From an uncultured Alphaproteobacteria bacterium (lineage in GTDB: Bacteria; Pseudomonadota; Alphaproteobacteria; Rhizobiales; Beijerinckiaceae), in NCBI GenBank assembly GCA_963820795.1, contig CAWGBJ010000014.1:9517-73516 (forward strand): a DNA stretch of 64,000 nucleotides, read 5' to 3'. How positions within the stretch are numbered: position 1 is the first letter of the stretch; every line of letters starts with the position of its first letter. Below, piece after piece: positions 9,614 through 22,033 of the stretch. The notes beneath the pieces were generated by a model. The model did not search any database and was not told the origin of the DNA. It saw nothing but the letters and a program-made list of their open reading frames with translations. The translations under genes and the position numbers were made by a program.

Positions 9614-10393
9614 ATGCATTCCTTGAGACGCGCGATCGCCTTCGCCGTGGCGCTGTTCGCCGCCAGCGTCGTCGGCATGCTGCTGCAATGGATCGTGCCG
9701 GCGCAGGTTCTGACGGAGGCCAAGGGCACGGTCGGGGCGATGGTCGGGCTCGTCACCCTGCTCCTGGCGCTGGTCCTCGGCCTCCTGGTCTTCACCGCCT
9801 TCTCAGTTTTCACCACGCAGCGGGACGAAGCGCAGTCGCTGGGGCCGATCATCGTCGAGCTCGATCTGGCGCTTGAGCGCTATGGGCCCGAGGCGGCGCT
9901 CGGACGCGCCGGCTTGCGCGCGGCGCTGGAGCGCTCGCGAGCCCGCTTCTTCGGCGACGCAAAGCGCGGGCCGCAGGCCTACACCATTGAGGAGATGCGT
10001 GCGACGCTGCATGGGCTCGGCAGCTATTTCGACAGCTTGCGGCCCGCTACCGACACGCAGAACAAATCGCTCGATTCCGCCCGCGACCTGGCGAGGAAAT
10101 TCGCCGACACGCAAATGCTGATGGCCCGCCAGCTCGCCAATCCATTTCCGCCTTACGTGCTGATCGTCGTGGTCTGTTGGGCCTCGGCGCTTTTCCTCGG
10201 CAACGGACTGGTGGCGACGCCGAACGCGGTTTCGGTCGGCGCGCATCTCTTGGGCGCGATCGCCATCGGCAGCGCCATTTTCCTGATGCTGGAACTGAGC
10301 CAGCCCTACACCGGCGTCATCAGGCTGTCTTCCGCCGGCGTCGACAGGCTACTGCAGGTGCTTGGCGAGGCCGACGCGAAGGGGGGCGCCTGA
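9614..10393 (+). CDS. integral membrane protein, DUF4239/bestrophin-like topology
   Basis: ATG at 9614 gives MHSLRRAIAFAVALFAASVV.... Two N-terminal and two C-terminal TM helices flank a soluble helical region. The family call is from recollection. Confidence 0.6.
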   Translation: MHSLRRAIAFAVALFAASVVGMLLQWIVPAQVLTEAKGTVGAMVGLVTLLLALVLGLLVFTAFSVFTTQRDEAQSLGPIIVELDLALERYGPEAALGRAGLRAALERSRARFFGDAKRGPQAYTIEEMRATLHGLGSYFDSLRPATDTQNKSLDSARDLARKFADTQMLMARQLANPFPPYVLIVVVCWASALFLGNGLVATPNAVSVGAHLLGAIAIGSAIFLMLELSQPYTGVIRLSSAGVDRLLQVLGEADAKGGA

Positions 10394-10547
10394 GCGCGTC
10401 GGATGCGACCAGAAATTGTCTGGGCGGCGCCGACGTCAAATCTTCCGCATTTTTGCGAAGTCAGGCGCCGTCGCCGGGGGTGGAGGGGAGTCCGGGGCGC
10501 TCGTCAGCCGGCCTCGGCCGGGCCGGCGGTCGGCGACCGCGAAGGCC

Positions 10548-11387
10548 TCATCCGGCGTCTCCGGCTGCCGTTTCCCGTCGGTCGCGGCCGCGGCGGACGG
10601 CGATGATCTCGGCGAGGATCGAGAGGGCGATTTCCTCCGGGCCGACCGCGCCGAGATCGAGCCCGGCCGGTGAGCGGAGCGCCGCCAGCCGGCGTTCGTC
10701 GACGCCGCGCCGGGCGAGCGCCGCCTTCAGGGTCTCGGCCTTCCGGCGGCTGCCGACAAAGGCGACGTAAGCGGCGTCCGCAGCCAGCGCCCCCTCGAGC
10801 GCCGCCTCGTCGCCGCGGCTCTGGGTCGAGACGACGATGAAACGCTCGCCGTCGTTCGACGCCGGCGGCCGATAGCCGTCGATCCGCCGTTCGACCTCGG
10901 CGAAGGCGCCCTGCTCGGCGCCCGGGGCGCAGACGGTCACGTCGAAGCCGATCCGGCGGGCGAGATCCGCAATCGCCACCGCGACCGGGCTCGAGCCGCA
11001 GAGCACGACCTCGGGCCGAGGCAGCACAGGCTCGACGAAGATGTCCATCGTGCCGTGGCTCGGGCAGGCGTTCCGGGCGAAGCGCACCCCTTCGCGCTCG
11101 TCGCCGGGGCCGACCCCATGCTCCTGCAGAACATCGAGCGGCTGCACCGAAATGAGCCGCGCCTTGCCATCGGCGATGGCTTCGCGGGCTGCCTTCACCA
11201 CCGCGCCGCGGGCGCAGCCGCCGCCGATCCAGCCGTCGGAGATCGTGCCGTCGGAGCGGACGATCGCCTTCGCCCCGGCCTTCGCGGCGGTCGCCGCGAC
11301 GGTGCGCACCACGGTCGCCAGAGCAAAGGCCTCGCCCCGCGCTTTGAGCGAGGGCACGAGCTCGAGCACGTCGGAGGAGCGTTCCAT
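10548..11387 (-). CDS. coxF: XdhC/CoxF-type molybdenum cofactor insertion accessory protein
   Basis: FALATVVRTVAATAAKAGAKAIV..DGTISDGWIGGGCARGAV (XdhC_CoxI N-domain) plus a Rossmann-like C-domain (VVLCGSSPVAVAIADLA). It starts 3 nt after the coxE stop. Confidence 0.85.
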   Translation of the reverse strand: MERSSDVLELVPSLKARGEAFALATVVRTVAATAAKAGAKAIVRSDGTISDGWIGGGCARGAVVKAAREAIADGKARLISVQPLDVLQEHGVGPGDEREGVRFARNACPSHGTMDIFVEPVLPRPEVVLCGSSPVAVAIADLARRIGFDVTVCAPGAEQGAFAEVERRIDGYRPPASNDGERFIVVSTQSRGDEAALEGALAADAAYVAFVGSRRKAETLKAALARRGVDERRLAALRSPAGLDLGAVGPEEIALSILAEIIAVRRGRDRRETAAGDAG

Positions 11388-11390
11388 GGG

Positions 11391-12578
11391 TCAGATCCTG
11401 ATGAGATAGGGTTCGAGCGCCGCCAGGCTCTCGAGATTGTGCGCCGGCGCGAACAGATCGATGTAAGGCAGGGCGGCCTGCATCCCCCGCGCGGTCGGCG
11501 CGTAGTCGCGCCAGCCGATGAGCGGGTTGAGCCAGACGATGCGGCGACAGCGCCGCTTGAGCCGCCGCATCTCGTCGGCGAGCAGCGCGGGGTCGCCGGT
11601 GTCGTAGCCGTCGGAGACGATGATCAGCGCGGTGCGCGAAATGAGGACGCGCCCGGCGTGCCAGCGGTTGAAGTCGGCGAGGCTTTCGCCGATCCGCGTG
11701 CCGCCGCCGATGCCCTGCGCCATCAGCGCGAGCCGGTCGACCGCGCGCCCGACGTCGCGGTCCCTCAGCGCGCTCGAGACATGCACGAGGCTGGTATGGA
11801 AGACGAACGCCTCGGCTTCACGGAAGGCGTCGACCGCGGCGTGAATGAAGCGGACGAAGAAGGCGGTGTAGGGCTCCATCGAGCCCGAGGCGTCGAGCAG
11901 AATGACGAGCCGCAACGGACGTCGCTTGCGCCGCCGCCAGACGAGATCGATCGGCGTGCCGCCGTGGCCGACGCTGCGATGGATGGTGCGCCGCACGTCG
12001 AGCCTGCGGCCGCTGCGACGCGCCCGTTCGCGGCGCACCAGCCGCGCCCGCATGCGCTGCGCCAGCCGCTCGGCGAGCGCATGAACCTTCAGGACCTCGT
12101 CACGATCGGCGATGTGACGCAGGTCCCTGGACGAGAGCGCCCGGGCGCTCGAGGCCTCGTCGCGCGCATGAGAGCGCGAGTCCATGTCGCCGCCGCCCTC
12201 CCGCGAATCGCCGTCCTCCGTCGTCTTATCAATGTCGGGCGCAAGCCCGCTCCGATGGCCGGGCTGCGCCGTACGGCGCTTGTCGGCGGCGGGCGAAACC
12301 AGGAGGCGACGCACGCCGACGCCGAGCCAGAAGGCGTCGAACAGCGCATCGAAGCGCAGCCAGTCCGTTCGGGTGGCGCAAAAGAGCGCTCTCAGCGCCG
12401 GCCGCAGCGCCGACGGACGGCGCCCGAGCGGCGACGCCAGAACCGCCAGCGCGTCGCGGCTTTCGGCGAGCCCGGCGGCAAATCCGTTCTCGCGCAAGGC
12501 TGCGGCGAAAGCGGCGATGCGGGCCGCCGCCCGGCGGTCCAGTTCGCGTCCGTCTTCAACTCCGGCGAATGCGGCCAT
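11391..12578 (-). CDS. coxE: VWA-domain protein CoxE
   Basis: C-terminal von Willebrand A domain with MIDAS-type LVILLDASGSM. Positioned directly after the MoxR ATPase, as in cox clusters. Confidence 0.85.
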   Translation of the reverse strand: MAAFAGVEDGRELDRRAAARIAAFAAALRENGFAAGLAESRDALAVLASPLGRRPSALRPALRALFCATRTDWLRFDALFDAFWLGVGVRRLLVSPAADKRRTAQPGHRSGLAPDIDKTTEDGDSREGGGDMDSRSHARDEASSARALSSRDLRHIADRDEVLKVHALAERLAQRMRARLVRRERARRSGRRLDVRRTIHRSVGHGGTPIDLVWRRRKRRPLRLVILLDASGSMEPYTAFFVRFIHAAVDAFREAEAFVFHTSLVHVSSALRDRDVGRAVDRLALMAQGIGGGTRIGESLADFNRWHAGRVLISRTALIIVSDGYDTGDPALLADEMRRLKRRCRRIVWLNPLIGWRDYAPTARGMQAALPYIDLFAPAHNLESLAALEPYLIRI

Positions 12579-12585
12579 GGGCGCC

Positions 12586-13467
12586 TCAAGCGACCTTGCC
12601 GAGGAGGCGTTCTGTCGTCTCGCGCGTCATTCGCGCGCGGTCCTCGTGCGTTTTCAGGAGGCAGATCAGCGTCTCATGCACGATCTCCGGCGCGTCGCGC
12701 AGGTCCTCGACATGAAGACCGGCGAGGGTCGCCGCCCAGTCGAGCGTCTCGGCGACGCCCGGCGTCTTGCGCAGGTCCTCGCGGCGGATCGCCGCGACCA
12801 TGCGCGCGATCTGCGCGGCGAGCGCCGCAGCCACTCCCGGCGTGCGGGCGAGGATGATCGTCGCCTCGCGCTCGACGTCGGGAAAGTCGACATAGTGATA
12901 GAGGCAGCGGCGCCTCAGCGCGTCCGAGAGTTCGCGCGTGTCGTTCGAAGTCAATACGACGCGCGGGATGGCGATCGCGGCGATCGTGCCGAGTTCGGGA
13001 ATCGTGACCTGGAAGTCGGACAGGAGTTCGAGCAGGAACGCCTCGAATTCCTCGTCGGCCCGGTCGATCTCGTCGACCAGCAGCACCGGCGATTTTTGCC
13101 GGCGGATCGCCGCCAAAAGCGGGCGCTCGAGCAGATATTTCTCGGAGAAGATCTGCTCTTCGATCCGCTCCGCCGCCTCGCCCGCCGCCTCCCGCGCCTT
13201 GATCGCCAGGAGCTGCCGCTGATAGTTCCACTCGTAGAGCGTCGCGTTCTGGTCGAGGCCCTCGTAGCATTGCAGCCGGATCAGCTCGGCGCCATGCACC
13301 GCTGCGAGGGCCTTGGCGACCTCCGTCTTGCCGACGCCGGCCTTGCCCTCCAGCAACAGTGGCCGCTTGAGAAAGTCCATCAGCCAGAGCGCGGTCGCGA
13401 GATCGCGGTCGGCGATGTAGCCGACCGCGGCGAGCCGTCCTTCGATCTCTTCTCGCCCGATGGGCAT
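12586..13467 (-). CDS. coxD: MoxR-type AAA+ ATPase CoxD
   Basis: Walker A LLLEGKAGVGKT, Walker B VLLVDEIDRA, MoxR length and architecture. Lies immediately downstream of coxL. Confidence 0.9.
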   Translation of the reverse strand: MPIGREEIEGRLAAVGYIADRDLATALWLMDFLKRPLLLEGKAGVGKTEVAKALAAVHGAELIRLQCYEGLDQNATLYEWNYQRQLLAIKAREAAGEAAERIEEQIFSEKYLLERPLLAAIRRQKSPVLLVDEIDRADEEFEAFLLELLSDFQVTIPELGTIAAIAIPRVVLTSNDTRELSDALRRRCLYHYVDFPDVEREATIILARTPGVAAALAAQIARMVAAIRREDLRKTPGVAETLDWAATLAGLHVEDLRDAPEIVHETLICLLKTHEDRARMTRETTERLLGKVA

Positions 13468-13513
13468 CGGCTGTCCTTATCGGCGGGCGACGCGACAGCG
13501 GCCGGCGCCGTCC

Positions 13514-15933
<2,420 letters not shown>

Positions 15934-15937
<4 letters not shown>

Positions 15938-16434
15938 TCGGCCGCCTCCTTAAGCTCGCCGCCGCCCAGTTTCCCTGCGGCGTACTGGATTGCCTTGACG
16001 ATGTTCTGGTAGCCGGTGCAACGGCAGAGGTTTCCCGAAATGCCGAAGCGGATTTCCTCTTCGCTAGGGTTCGGGTTTTCCTGGAGCAGGCGATAGGCGC
16101 GCATGATCATGCCCGGCGTGCAGAAGCCGCATTGCAGACCGTGCATCTCGCGGAAGCCCTCCTGCAAAGGATGCAGCGAGCCGTCAGGAGCCGCCATGCC
16201 CTCGATCGTCAGGATCGAGGCGCCGTCCGCCTGAACAGCGAATATCGTGCACGACTTCAGCGACTTGCCGTCGAGATCGACGGTGCAGGCGCCGCAGTGC
16301 GTCGTCTCGCAGCCGATATGCGGCCCGGTCAGGCCGAGTTCGTCGCGCAGGAAATGGATGAGTAGCGTCCGCGCCTCCACCATGCGCTCGACCGGCTTGC
16401 CGTTGACCGTCATCGAAACCGGAATTTTGGCCAT
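15934..16434 (-). CDS. coxS: CO dehydrogenase small [2Fe-2S] subunit
   Basis: 166 aa. Cys patterns [12 protein letters not shown] and CGFCTPG ... CRCTGY for the two 2Fe-2S clusters. Confidence 0.95.
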
Positions 16435-16444
16435 CGGTTCCTCC

Positions 16445-17335
16445 CTATCGGCTGGCGCGGGACACGGCGCGTTCGAGCGCCCGCGCCAGCATCACCCCGG
16501 CCATCTTGGCGCGGTACCGGGCGGGGCCGCGCGTATCGGAGGCGGGGCTCGTGATCGCCTCGGCGGCGGCGACGGCGCGCCGGACGGTCGTCGCATCGAG
16601 CGTCGATCGGACGAGGAGCCTCGCGGCTTCTTGGGCCCAGAGCGGCGTCTCGGCGACATTGGTCAGGCCGATCGAACACGAGGTCACGCGGCCCGACTCG
16701 AGCGTCAGGACCACCGCGGCCGCGGCAGTGGCGTAGTCGCCAATTTTTCGCTTCAGCTTCTCATAGGCGTAGCCGTGTCCGGCTTTCGGCGTGGGAACAC
16801 GGATCGCCGACAGGATCTCGCCCGGCTCGAGCGCGGTGAAATAGGCGCCCTGGTAGAAGTCCCGCGCCTGGACCGTTCGCTCGCCGTCCTTTCCGACAAG
16901 TTGGTAGCGAGCGTCGAGACACATCATGACCGCAGGCATGTCATTGCCGGGGTCGCCGTTCGCCACATTGCCGCCGACAGTGCCGACATAGCGGACTTGC
17001 GGATCGGCGATGACCAGCGCCGCTTCCGCGAGCAGCGGCGCCCTAGCCGCGACGACCGGCGAAGCGAGCAGTTCATGCTGGGTCGTGGTCGCGCCGATGA
17101 CGAGGTCCGGCCCGTCCTCGCGGACGCCCTTGAGCTCGGCGATCGCGCCGAGATCGACGAGATCGGAAGGCTTCGCCAGCCGGAGCTTCATCATCGGGAT
17201 CAGGCTGTGGCCGCCCGACAGCGGACGGGCGTCTTCGCCCAGATCGGAGAGCAGGGCGACCGCCTCAGAGATCGACTTCGGCCGGTGATAGGCGAAGGCG
17301 GCGGGAATCATGGATCCATCCTCCCTGAAGCGCAC
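16445..17335 (-). CDS. coxM: CO dehydrogenase medium FAD-binding subunit
   Basis: 296 aa. FAD_binding_5-type N-terminus ([17 protein letters not shown]...[14 protein letters not shown]) and a CO-dehydrogenase flavoprotein C-domain. M-S-L gene order as in form-I clusters. Confidence 0.95.
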   Translation of the reverse strand: MRFREDGSMIPAAFAYHRPKSISEAVALLSDLGEDARPLSGGHSLIPMMKLRLAKPSDLVDLGAIAELKGVREDGPDLVIGATTTQHELLASPVVAARAPLLAEAALVIADPQVRYVGTVGGNVANGDPGNDMPAVMMCLDARYQLVGKDGERTVQARDFYQGAYFTALEPGEILSAIRVPTPKAGHGYAYEKLKRKIGDYATAAAAVVLTLESGRVTSCSIGLTNVAETPLWAQEAARLLVRSTLDATTVRRAVAAAEAITSPASDTRGPARYRAKMAGVMLARALERAVSRASR

Positions 17336-17495
17336 GGCGCGCGCCGAGCCTCGGCCCCGCCCGCATCGACTTCATTTGGTTCAAAAATGTCGCGCTTCGC
17401 GCCTACCCTCAAGCCGCCGATCACGGACCGCGCGGTTCCGGCGCCAAACGCGGCGCTTCTGCATGAATTGCGTCAGTGCGGCTGACTGAAATCGC

Positions 17496-18677
17496 CTATT
17501 CCGCCGCTTTCCGCCCCCCGGCGAGCCGGGCTCGGGTCTGCGCGACGCGGGCGCGACTCACGGGCACCGAAACCCGGCCGCTGCCCGCAAGCTCGAGCGT
17601 GCCGCTGTCGCCGTTGAAACGGGCGCCGATGACGCGGGCGAGGTCGACAATATGGCTGCGGTGGACGCGCGCGAACCGGCGGGGATCCAGCCGGTGCTCG
17701 ATCTCGCCGATCGACAGCGAGCAAAAATACGACGTCTCGCCGTCGAACACCTTGGTGTAATGCGCGTCGGCGTGGACCGCGACGATCGCCTCGACCGGCA
17801 GCTGACGAATGAGACCGTTGCGCTGGACCCGGATATGAGACGCCGCCCGCCGCGGCGGGCCTCCGGCGCCGCCCAAAGGCGGAAACGCCCCGAAGCCGTC
17901 GGGCGCGTCTTCGGACGGCGCGGCCTCCGGCGCCGGCGCTTCGGCTTCGGTCAGAGGCTCGCCCGTCCCTCGGGTTCCCTCCGGCAAAAGCAGCAGCAGG
18001 AACCCACCGGAGACCAGAAAGGCGACGATGGCGACGACGACCGCCAACAGATCCGGCGACAGCGCCGGGTCCTGAGCAAAGCCGACGCGGGGATAGAGCG
18101 ACAGGCCCCTCATCGCCGTGTAGTGCATGCCCGAGATGGCGAGGCCCAGCGCGACCGCGGACCACGGAAGCGAATGCGAGACGCCGCCGAAGGCGAGCCA
18201 CAGCGCGAACCCCGAGGCGGCGATAGCGACTGCCGCGCTCGCGGCGACCAGCCACGGCGAATTGGTCATCTCGGCGCAGGCGCTGAGCGTCTGCATGCCG
18301 ATGTAGTGCATCGCGACGATCCCGAGCCCCATGAAGACGGCGGCCGCGCCGATCCGCGGAACGGTAGGCGGCCCGGCGCTCGCTGCGAGCACCGCAGCGC
18401 CGACGACGATCACGCAGACGAGGAACGAAATCAGCGTCGGCAGGACCAGGTAGTCGACCGGGAACGGCGACCGCTCGGCCAGCATGCCGACGAAATGCAT
18501 CGTCCAGACGCCGAGCGCCAGGCAAATGGCGGCGCCGGCAAGAAGCGCCCGCTGCCGCGCCCCCTCCGCGCCCGCCACCTGAACGGCGAAGCTCAGCCCG
18601 ACATAGGATCCCTGAACCGCCAGCGCGATGGAAAGCGCGACAAGCCAGGGCGAGTATGACACCGCCATCTTGCGCAC
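17496..18677 (-). CDS. coxC: MHYT-domain membrane sensor fused to a LytTR DNA-binding domain (CoxC/CoxH-like)
   Basis: Three MHYT-type motifs in successive TM helix pairs (MHFVGM, MHYIGM, MHYTAM). C-terminal LytTR-like segment (IVAVHADAHYTKVFDGETSYFCSLSIGEIEHRL...FARVHRSHIV). The MHYT domain was originally described in CoxC/CoxH of Oligotropha. The overlapping 442-aa ORF at 17473-18801 is a different frame and is rejected. Confidence 0.85.
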   Translation of the reverse strand: MRKMAVSYSPWLVALSIALAVQGSYVGLSFAVQVAGAEGARQRALLAGAAICLALGVWTMHFVGMLAERSPFPVDYLVLPTLISFLVCVIVVGAAVLAASAGPPTVPRIGAAAVFMGLGIVAMHYIGMQTLSACAEMTNSPWLVAASAAVAIAASGFALWLAFGGVSHSLPWSAVALGLAISGMHYTAMRGLSLYPRVGFAQDPALSPDLLAVVVAIVAFLVSGGFLLLLLPEGTRGTGEPLTEAEAPAPEAAPSEDAPDGFGAFPPLGGAGGPPRRAASHIRVQRNGLIRQLPVEAIVAVHADAHYTKVFDGETSYFCSLSIGEIEHRLDPRRFARVHRSHIVDLARVIGARFNGDSGTLELAGSGRVSVPVSRARVAQTRARLAGGRKAAE

Positions 18678-18842
18678 CGTCGGCCAAAGTTATGCGTGTA
18701 ACTATAGAGCACAACGCGGCAAAACGGTGAAGCGCTCCCGCCTTGGGTCCAAAGTCTGGAACGACTCCTACGAATATAACGACGACCCGTAACGGCAGCA
18801 AATCGAACCTTACTCACCCAAAGATCGATTGAAGAGGCGGCC

Positions 18843-21155
18843 TCACGGCCCTTTCTTTTCGATCAGGGCGATGTCTGTCGAGCCATAGCGGTCGAGCATT
18901 TGCTGTTGTGCGGCGACGCTGACGGCCGCTATCCACGGCAGACAGGTCTTGTTGCCCTCTCCCTTGCCGCGGCCGCCGAACGCGGTGCCGGAGAACATTG
19001 GATCATCGGCAAACCACCAGGAGATCAACAGTCCTTCTTCCTGAAGCCCAGGCATGGCATAGCCCCACGTTTTTGTCGGCAGGGCGACGGTTTCGTTGCA
19101 GCCGGCCTGGAGCAATTCGGCAGCGCGGAAGAACAGGGCCTCGCCACTCGCCAATCCGAGTTCAACGAGGTCCGGAACGACCAGGAGGCCCATCGGATGG
19201 ATATAGCCCGCGCCGGGAGAATCGCAGGCCATCCATCCGGTCGATCGGAATCCGAAACGCGCGAGCGTAGATCGTGGCGGCAACGGCACATCCCAGAGGC
19301 AAACCCAAGTGACGACGAGACGCCCGGCGCGCTGCGCGCCATCTAGATAGTCGGCGCTTTTTGTCGCCCGATACAAACTTAGCAGCGCTTGCATCGCGAA
19401 GATGATGCTCTCTCCGTCGACGAGTTGCGGCTTAGCGTAAATCGAGTCGTGGATGCCGCCGTTGAACTTCATGCGCTCGACGAAGTGGAGCCGCACAAAC
19501 TCTCCCGCTCGGCGAGCAGCCTCCAGGAAGCGCTCCTCGCCGGTCGCTTCGTAGAAATCGACGAGCAGAGGAACCGGAACGGCGGTTGAGGACTTCTGTT
19601 GAACTTCGGTCTGGCCGAACCAGGCTGCCGGCTCGGTGATTGGCGCGCCATCAGGCGCATAGGCGCGAAACCAGGAACCGTCGGAGTTCTGCGCCGAAAC
19701 CAGGAACTCGGCGAAGGCGCGGCAAAGCGACAGCCAGTCCGCACGATCGGCGGCGCGCCCAGCCTCGTATCGATAGGCTGAAAGCATGGCGGCGTATTCC
19801 TCAACGACACAACGCAGGTAGATGCCGTCGCGGCCGGCTAGCGCCTCGATCACTTCACGCAAATGCCGATAAAGGGGCCCCATCAGCCCTTCGAGGTCGC
19901 CGCCCGGTTCGGCATAAGCGAGCGGCAGGATCAGGCCCGTCCACCAATTGCCGAATTTGCGTGTGTCGGCGTTGTAATAACCGGGGATCAGCCCAAGCTT
20001 GGACCGCGAGGCCACAGTGGCAAAGAAGGTCAGGACCGACATCGCCTTGCGTCGACGCTCGGGGTCGCCGTCGCGGTCGGCGGCGCGCAGCAGATTGAGC
20101 GCATGGAGGTTGTTCTGGCCGGTGAACCCGAACTGAATGACATTCGAGAGTTGCTTTCCATCCTGGGGATGACAATTCGTGACGAAGCCGGCGGCAAAGG
20201 GTGGATCCTTCTCTTCGATGAAGAAGCGAAGCATCGCATCGATCCTATGGCGTTCGATTGCTTCCAGACTCGCCCCCAAAGCGACCGGACTCGGCTGCAA
20301 CTCCTCGAATTTGCGACGCCACATCGACCAAAGAGCCGCGTGGACGTCCGCGGCCGCTTCGACGCGGATGTTCCATGATCCGGTAAGGACATCTCCCTCG
20401 GCTGCCGGCCAGAACGCTGCAAAGGGGGAGCGCTCTCTTACCATAAGCGCGTTGCTGCGCGTCCTCTCGGCGAACGGATAGGCGGCGATCAGGGCGATCT
20501 CGCCGTTCTTCGGCTCGAAACCGAGGCTCCCGATGTCGGTCCGCTGCAGGAAAGCTTTTTGCCCCGGGCTACGTTCTGGAGTCGGGTCGAACTCGGGCAG
20601 GTCGGCGCGCGACAGGCTGAAGCCAAGTCCAGCGTCCGGGTTGTAAGCGAGGATCGACAGGAGATTGAGGCGATCCTCGCGGTAGTGGAGGCTTCGGGCG
20701 TCGAGATAGTCTTCGACGCCGTCCTCATTCAGATCGTTTAGATCATAGAGCGCGGGCGGGGCGAAATAGCGGAAGTCGCCATAGGCGCGCTTGGGCAGCG
20801 TCGGAACCAGCTCAAGGATCAGGCGCACGCCGCACGCCTGTCTTACGGAGAGGATTTCCAGACGACGGTCGACGCGCCAGCCGTCGTCGGCGAACGGTCG
20901 CCAACTGTCCGTAAGGCGAGCGCTCAACCAAGGTAGATCGATCTCGGCCTCGCCAATGAGCGCGCCGCCGAGTTCGCGGGTTTGAGAATACGGCGCCGAA
21001 TGCCGCTGGCCATCGACCGTCAGATTGTTGGCCTCGGCGAGCTCGACTTCGACCGCAGCCGAAAGCGCGAGGACCTCGCTCTCGCCGCGCTTCCAGGTCA
21101 GTCCGACGCCGCCCTCTCGTTCGGCGCGGCGGAGCTCGACAAAGCCGGCCGGCAT
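18843..21155 (-). CDS. large cytoplasmic protein of unknown function. N-terminal roughly 300-aa beta-rich region plus a C-terminal alpha/alpha-toroid-like region (putative glycoside hydrolase, phosphorylase or lyase)
   Basis: 770-aa ORF with SD GAGGAGGA 5 nt upstream of the ATG. Last gene of the CUT1 sugar-uptake operon. No signal peptide. One QW-like repeat (RAFAEFLVSAQNSDGSW) and helix-rich periodicity in residues ~300-770. I cannot place it in a family. Confidence 0.7.
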   Translation of the reverse strand: MPAGFVELRRAEREGGVGLTWKRGESEVLALSAAVEVELAEANNLTVDGQRHSAPYSQTRELGGALIGEAEIDLPWLSARLTDSWRPFADDGWRVDRRLEILSVRQACGVRLILELVPTLPKRAYGDFRYFAPPALYDLNDLNEDGVEDYLDARSLHYREDRLNLLSILAYNPDAGLGFSLSRADLPEFDPTPERSPGQKAFLQRTDIGSLGFEPKNGEIALIAAYPFAERTRSNALMVRERSPFAAFWPAAEGDVLTGSWNIRVEAAADVHAALWSMWRRKFEELQPSPVALGASLEAIERHRIDAMLRFFIEEKDPPFAAGFVTNCHPQDGKQLSNVIQFGFTGQNNLHALNLLRAADRDGDPERRRKAMSVLTFFATVASRSKLGLIPGYYNADTRKFGNWWTGLILPLAYAEPGGDLEGLMGPLYRHLREVIEALAGRDGIYLRCVVEEYAAMLSAYRYEAGRAADRADWLSLCRAFAEFLVSAQNSDGSWFRAYAPDGAPITEPAAWFGQTEVQQKSSTAVPVPLLVDFYEATGEERFLEAARRAGEFVRLHFVERMKFNGGIHDSIYAKPQLVDGESIIFAMQALLSLYRATKSADYLDGAQRAGRLVVTWVCLWDVPLPPRSTLARFGFRSTGWMACDSPGAGYIHPMGLLVVPDLVELGLASGEALFFRAAELLQAGCNETVALPTKTWGYAMPGLQEEGLLISWWFADDPMFSGTAFGGRGKGEGNKTCLPWIAAVSVAAQQQMLDRYGSTDIALIEKKGP

Positions 21156-21191
21156 TGATTCCTCCTCTTCCAGCCTGATCGATTCTGCTCT

Positions 21192-22028
21192 TCAGGCCTT
21201 GACCGCGCCGATCATCAGACCGCGCACGAGACCTCGCTGGGCGATCAGCGTCACAGCGAAAACGGGCAGAAGATAGATCGCCGCGACCGCCATCATCTCG
21301 CCCCACTGCACCTGGAACTGCGTGATCAAGGTCGAGATTCCGACCGGCATTGTTTGGCCGGCGGGCGTTCGCGTCAGAGTGAGCGCCAAAATGAATTCGT
21401 TCCAGGCGATGAGGAAGCCAAACAGCGTCGCCACGCCAAGACCCGGCAAGGAAAGCGGGATGACGATGCGGATGAGCGTCTGAACGACACCGAGCCCGTC
21501 CATTTTGGCGGCATCCAGGAGTTCGTCAGGAAAATCGCGAAAGAAGCCGTGCAACATCCAGATCATCAGCGGCAGCACAATCGGGACGTAGGCGATCGCC
21601 AAGCCCCACGGACTGTCGGTCAGGCCAAGGGCCCGGAACTGTAGGAAGAACGGCAATGCGAGGGCGATCGGTGGGAAAACGCGTGAGATAACGGTAAACG
21701 AGAGAAGAGTTTCCGATCCCGGGTAAGGGAATTTTGCGAAGCCGAATCCTGCGGGAATGGACAGTGCGAGACCGATCGCCGTCGCGCCGGTCGCCGCGAT
21801 CAGGCTATTGGTCAGGTAGGCGCGGAAATCGCTGGAAAGGGCAGTCGCATAGTGCTCGAGCGTCAGATGTTTTGGCAGCAATGTCATTGGCGTGACCAGA
21901 ATCTCCGGCGTCGGTTTCAGCGACGTCGAGAAGATCCAAAAGATCGGAACGATGAACCATAAGCCGATGACCACGAGGACCAGGTAGCTCGCGAAGTCGC
22001 CGGCAGTCGAGCGGCTTCGAACAGGCAT
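21192..22028 (-). CDS. carbohydrate ABC transporter permease (CUT1, MalG-like)
   Basis: Six TM segments and the EAA-type loop AAKMDGLGVVQTLIRIVIPLSLPG. Confidence 0.9.
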   Translation of the reverse strand: MPVRSRSTAGDFASYLVLVVIGLWFIVPIFWIFSTSLKPTPEILVTPMTLLPKHLTLEHYATALSSDFRAYLTNSLIAATGATAIGLALSIPAGFGFAKFPYPGSETLLSFTVISRVFPPIALALPFFLQFRALGLTDSPWGLAIAYVPIVLPLMIWMLHGFFRDFPDELLDAAKMDGLGVVQTLIRIVIPLSLPGLGVATLFGFLIAWNEFILALTLTRTPAGQTMPVGISTLITQFQVQWGEMMAVAAIYLLPVFAVTLIAQRGLVRGLMIGAVKA

Positions 22029-22033
22029 TTGGA

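Noticed and set aside
17431-17448. Sigma-54-like -24/-12 element (minus strand TGGCGC-N5-CCGC) upstream of coxM
   Set aside because: Only the GG and GC dinucleotides fit and the -12 TTGC is missing. No enhancer-binding protein gene is present, and the adjacent regulator is LytTR-type.
17473-18801. 442-aa ORF overlapping coxC in another frame on the same strand
   Set aside because: Arg/Gly/Ala-rich and featureless, whereas the 393-aa frame has three MHYT motifs, regular TM helices and a LytTR domain.
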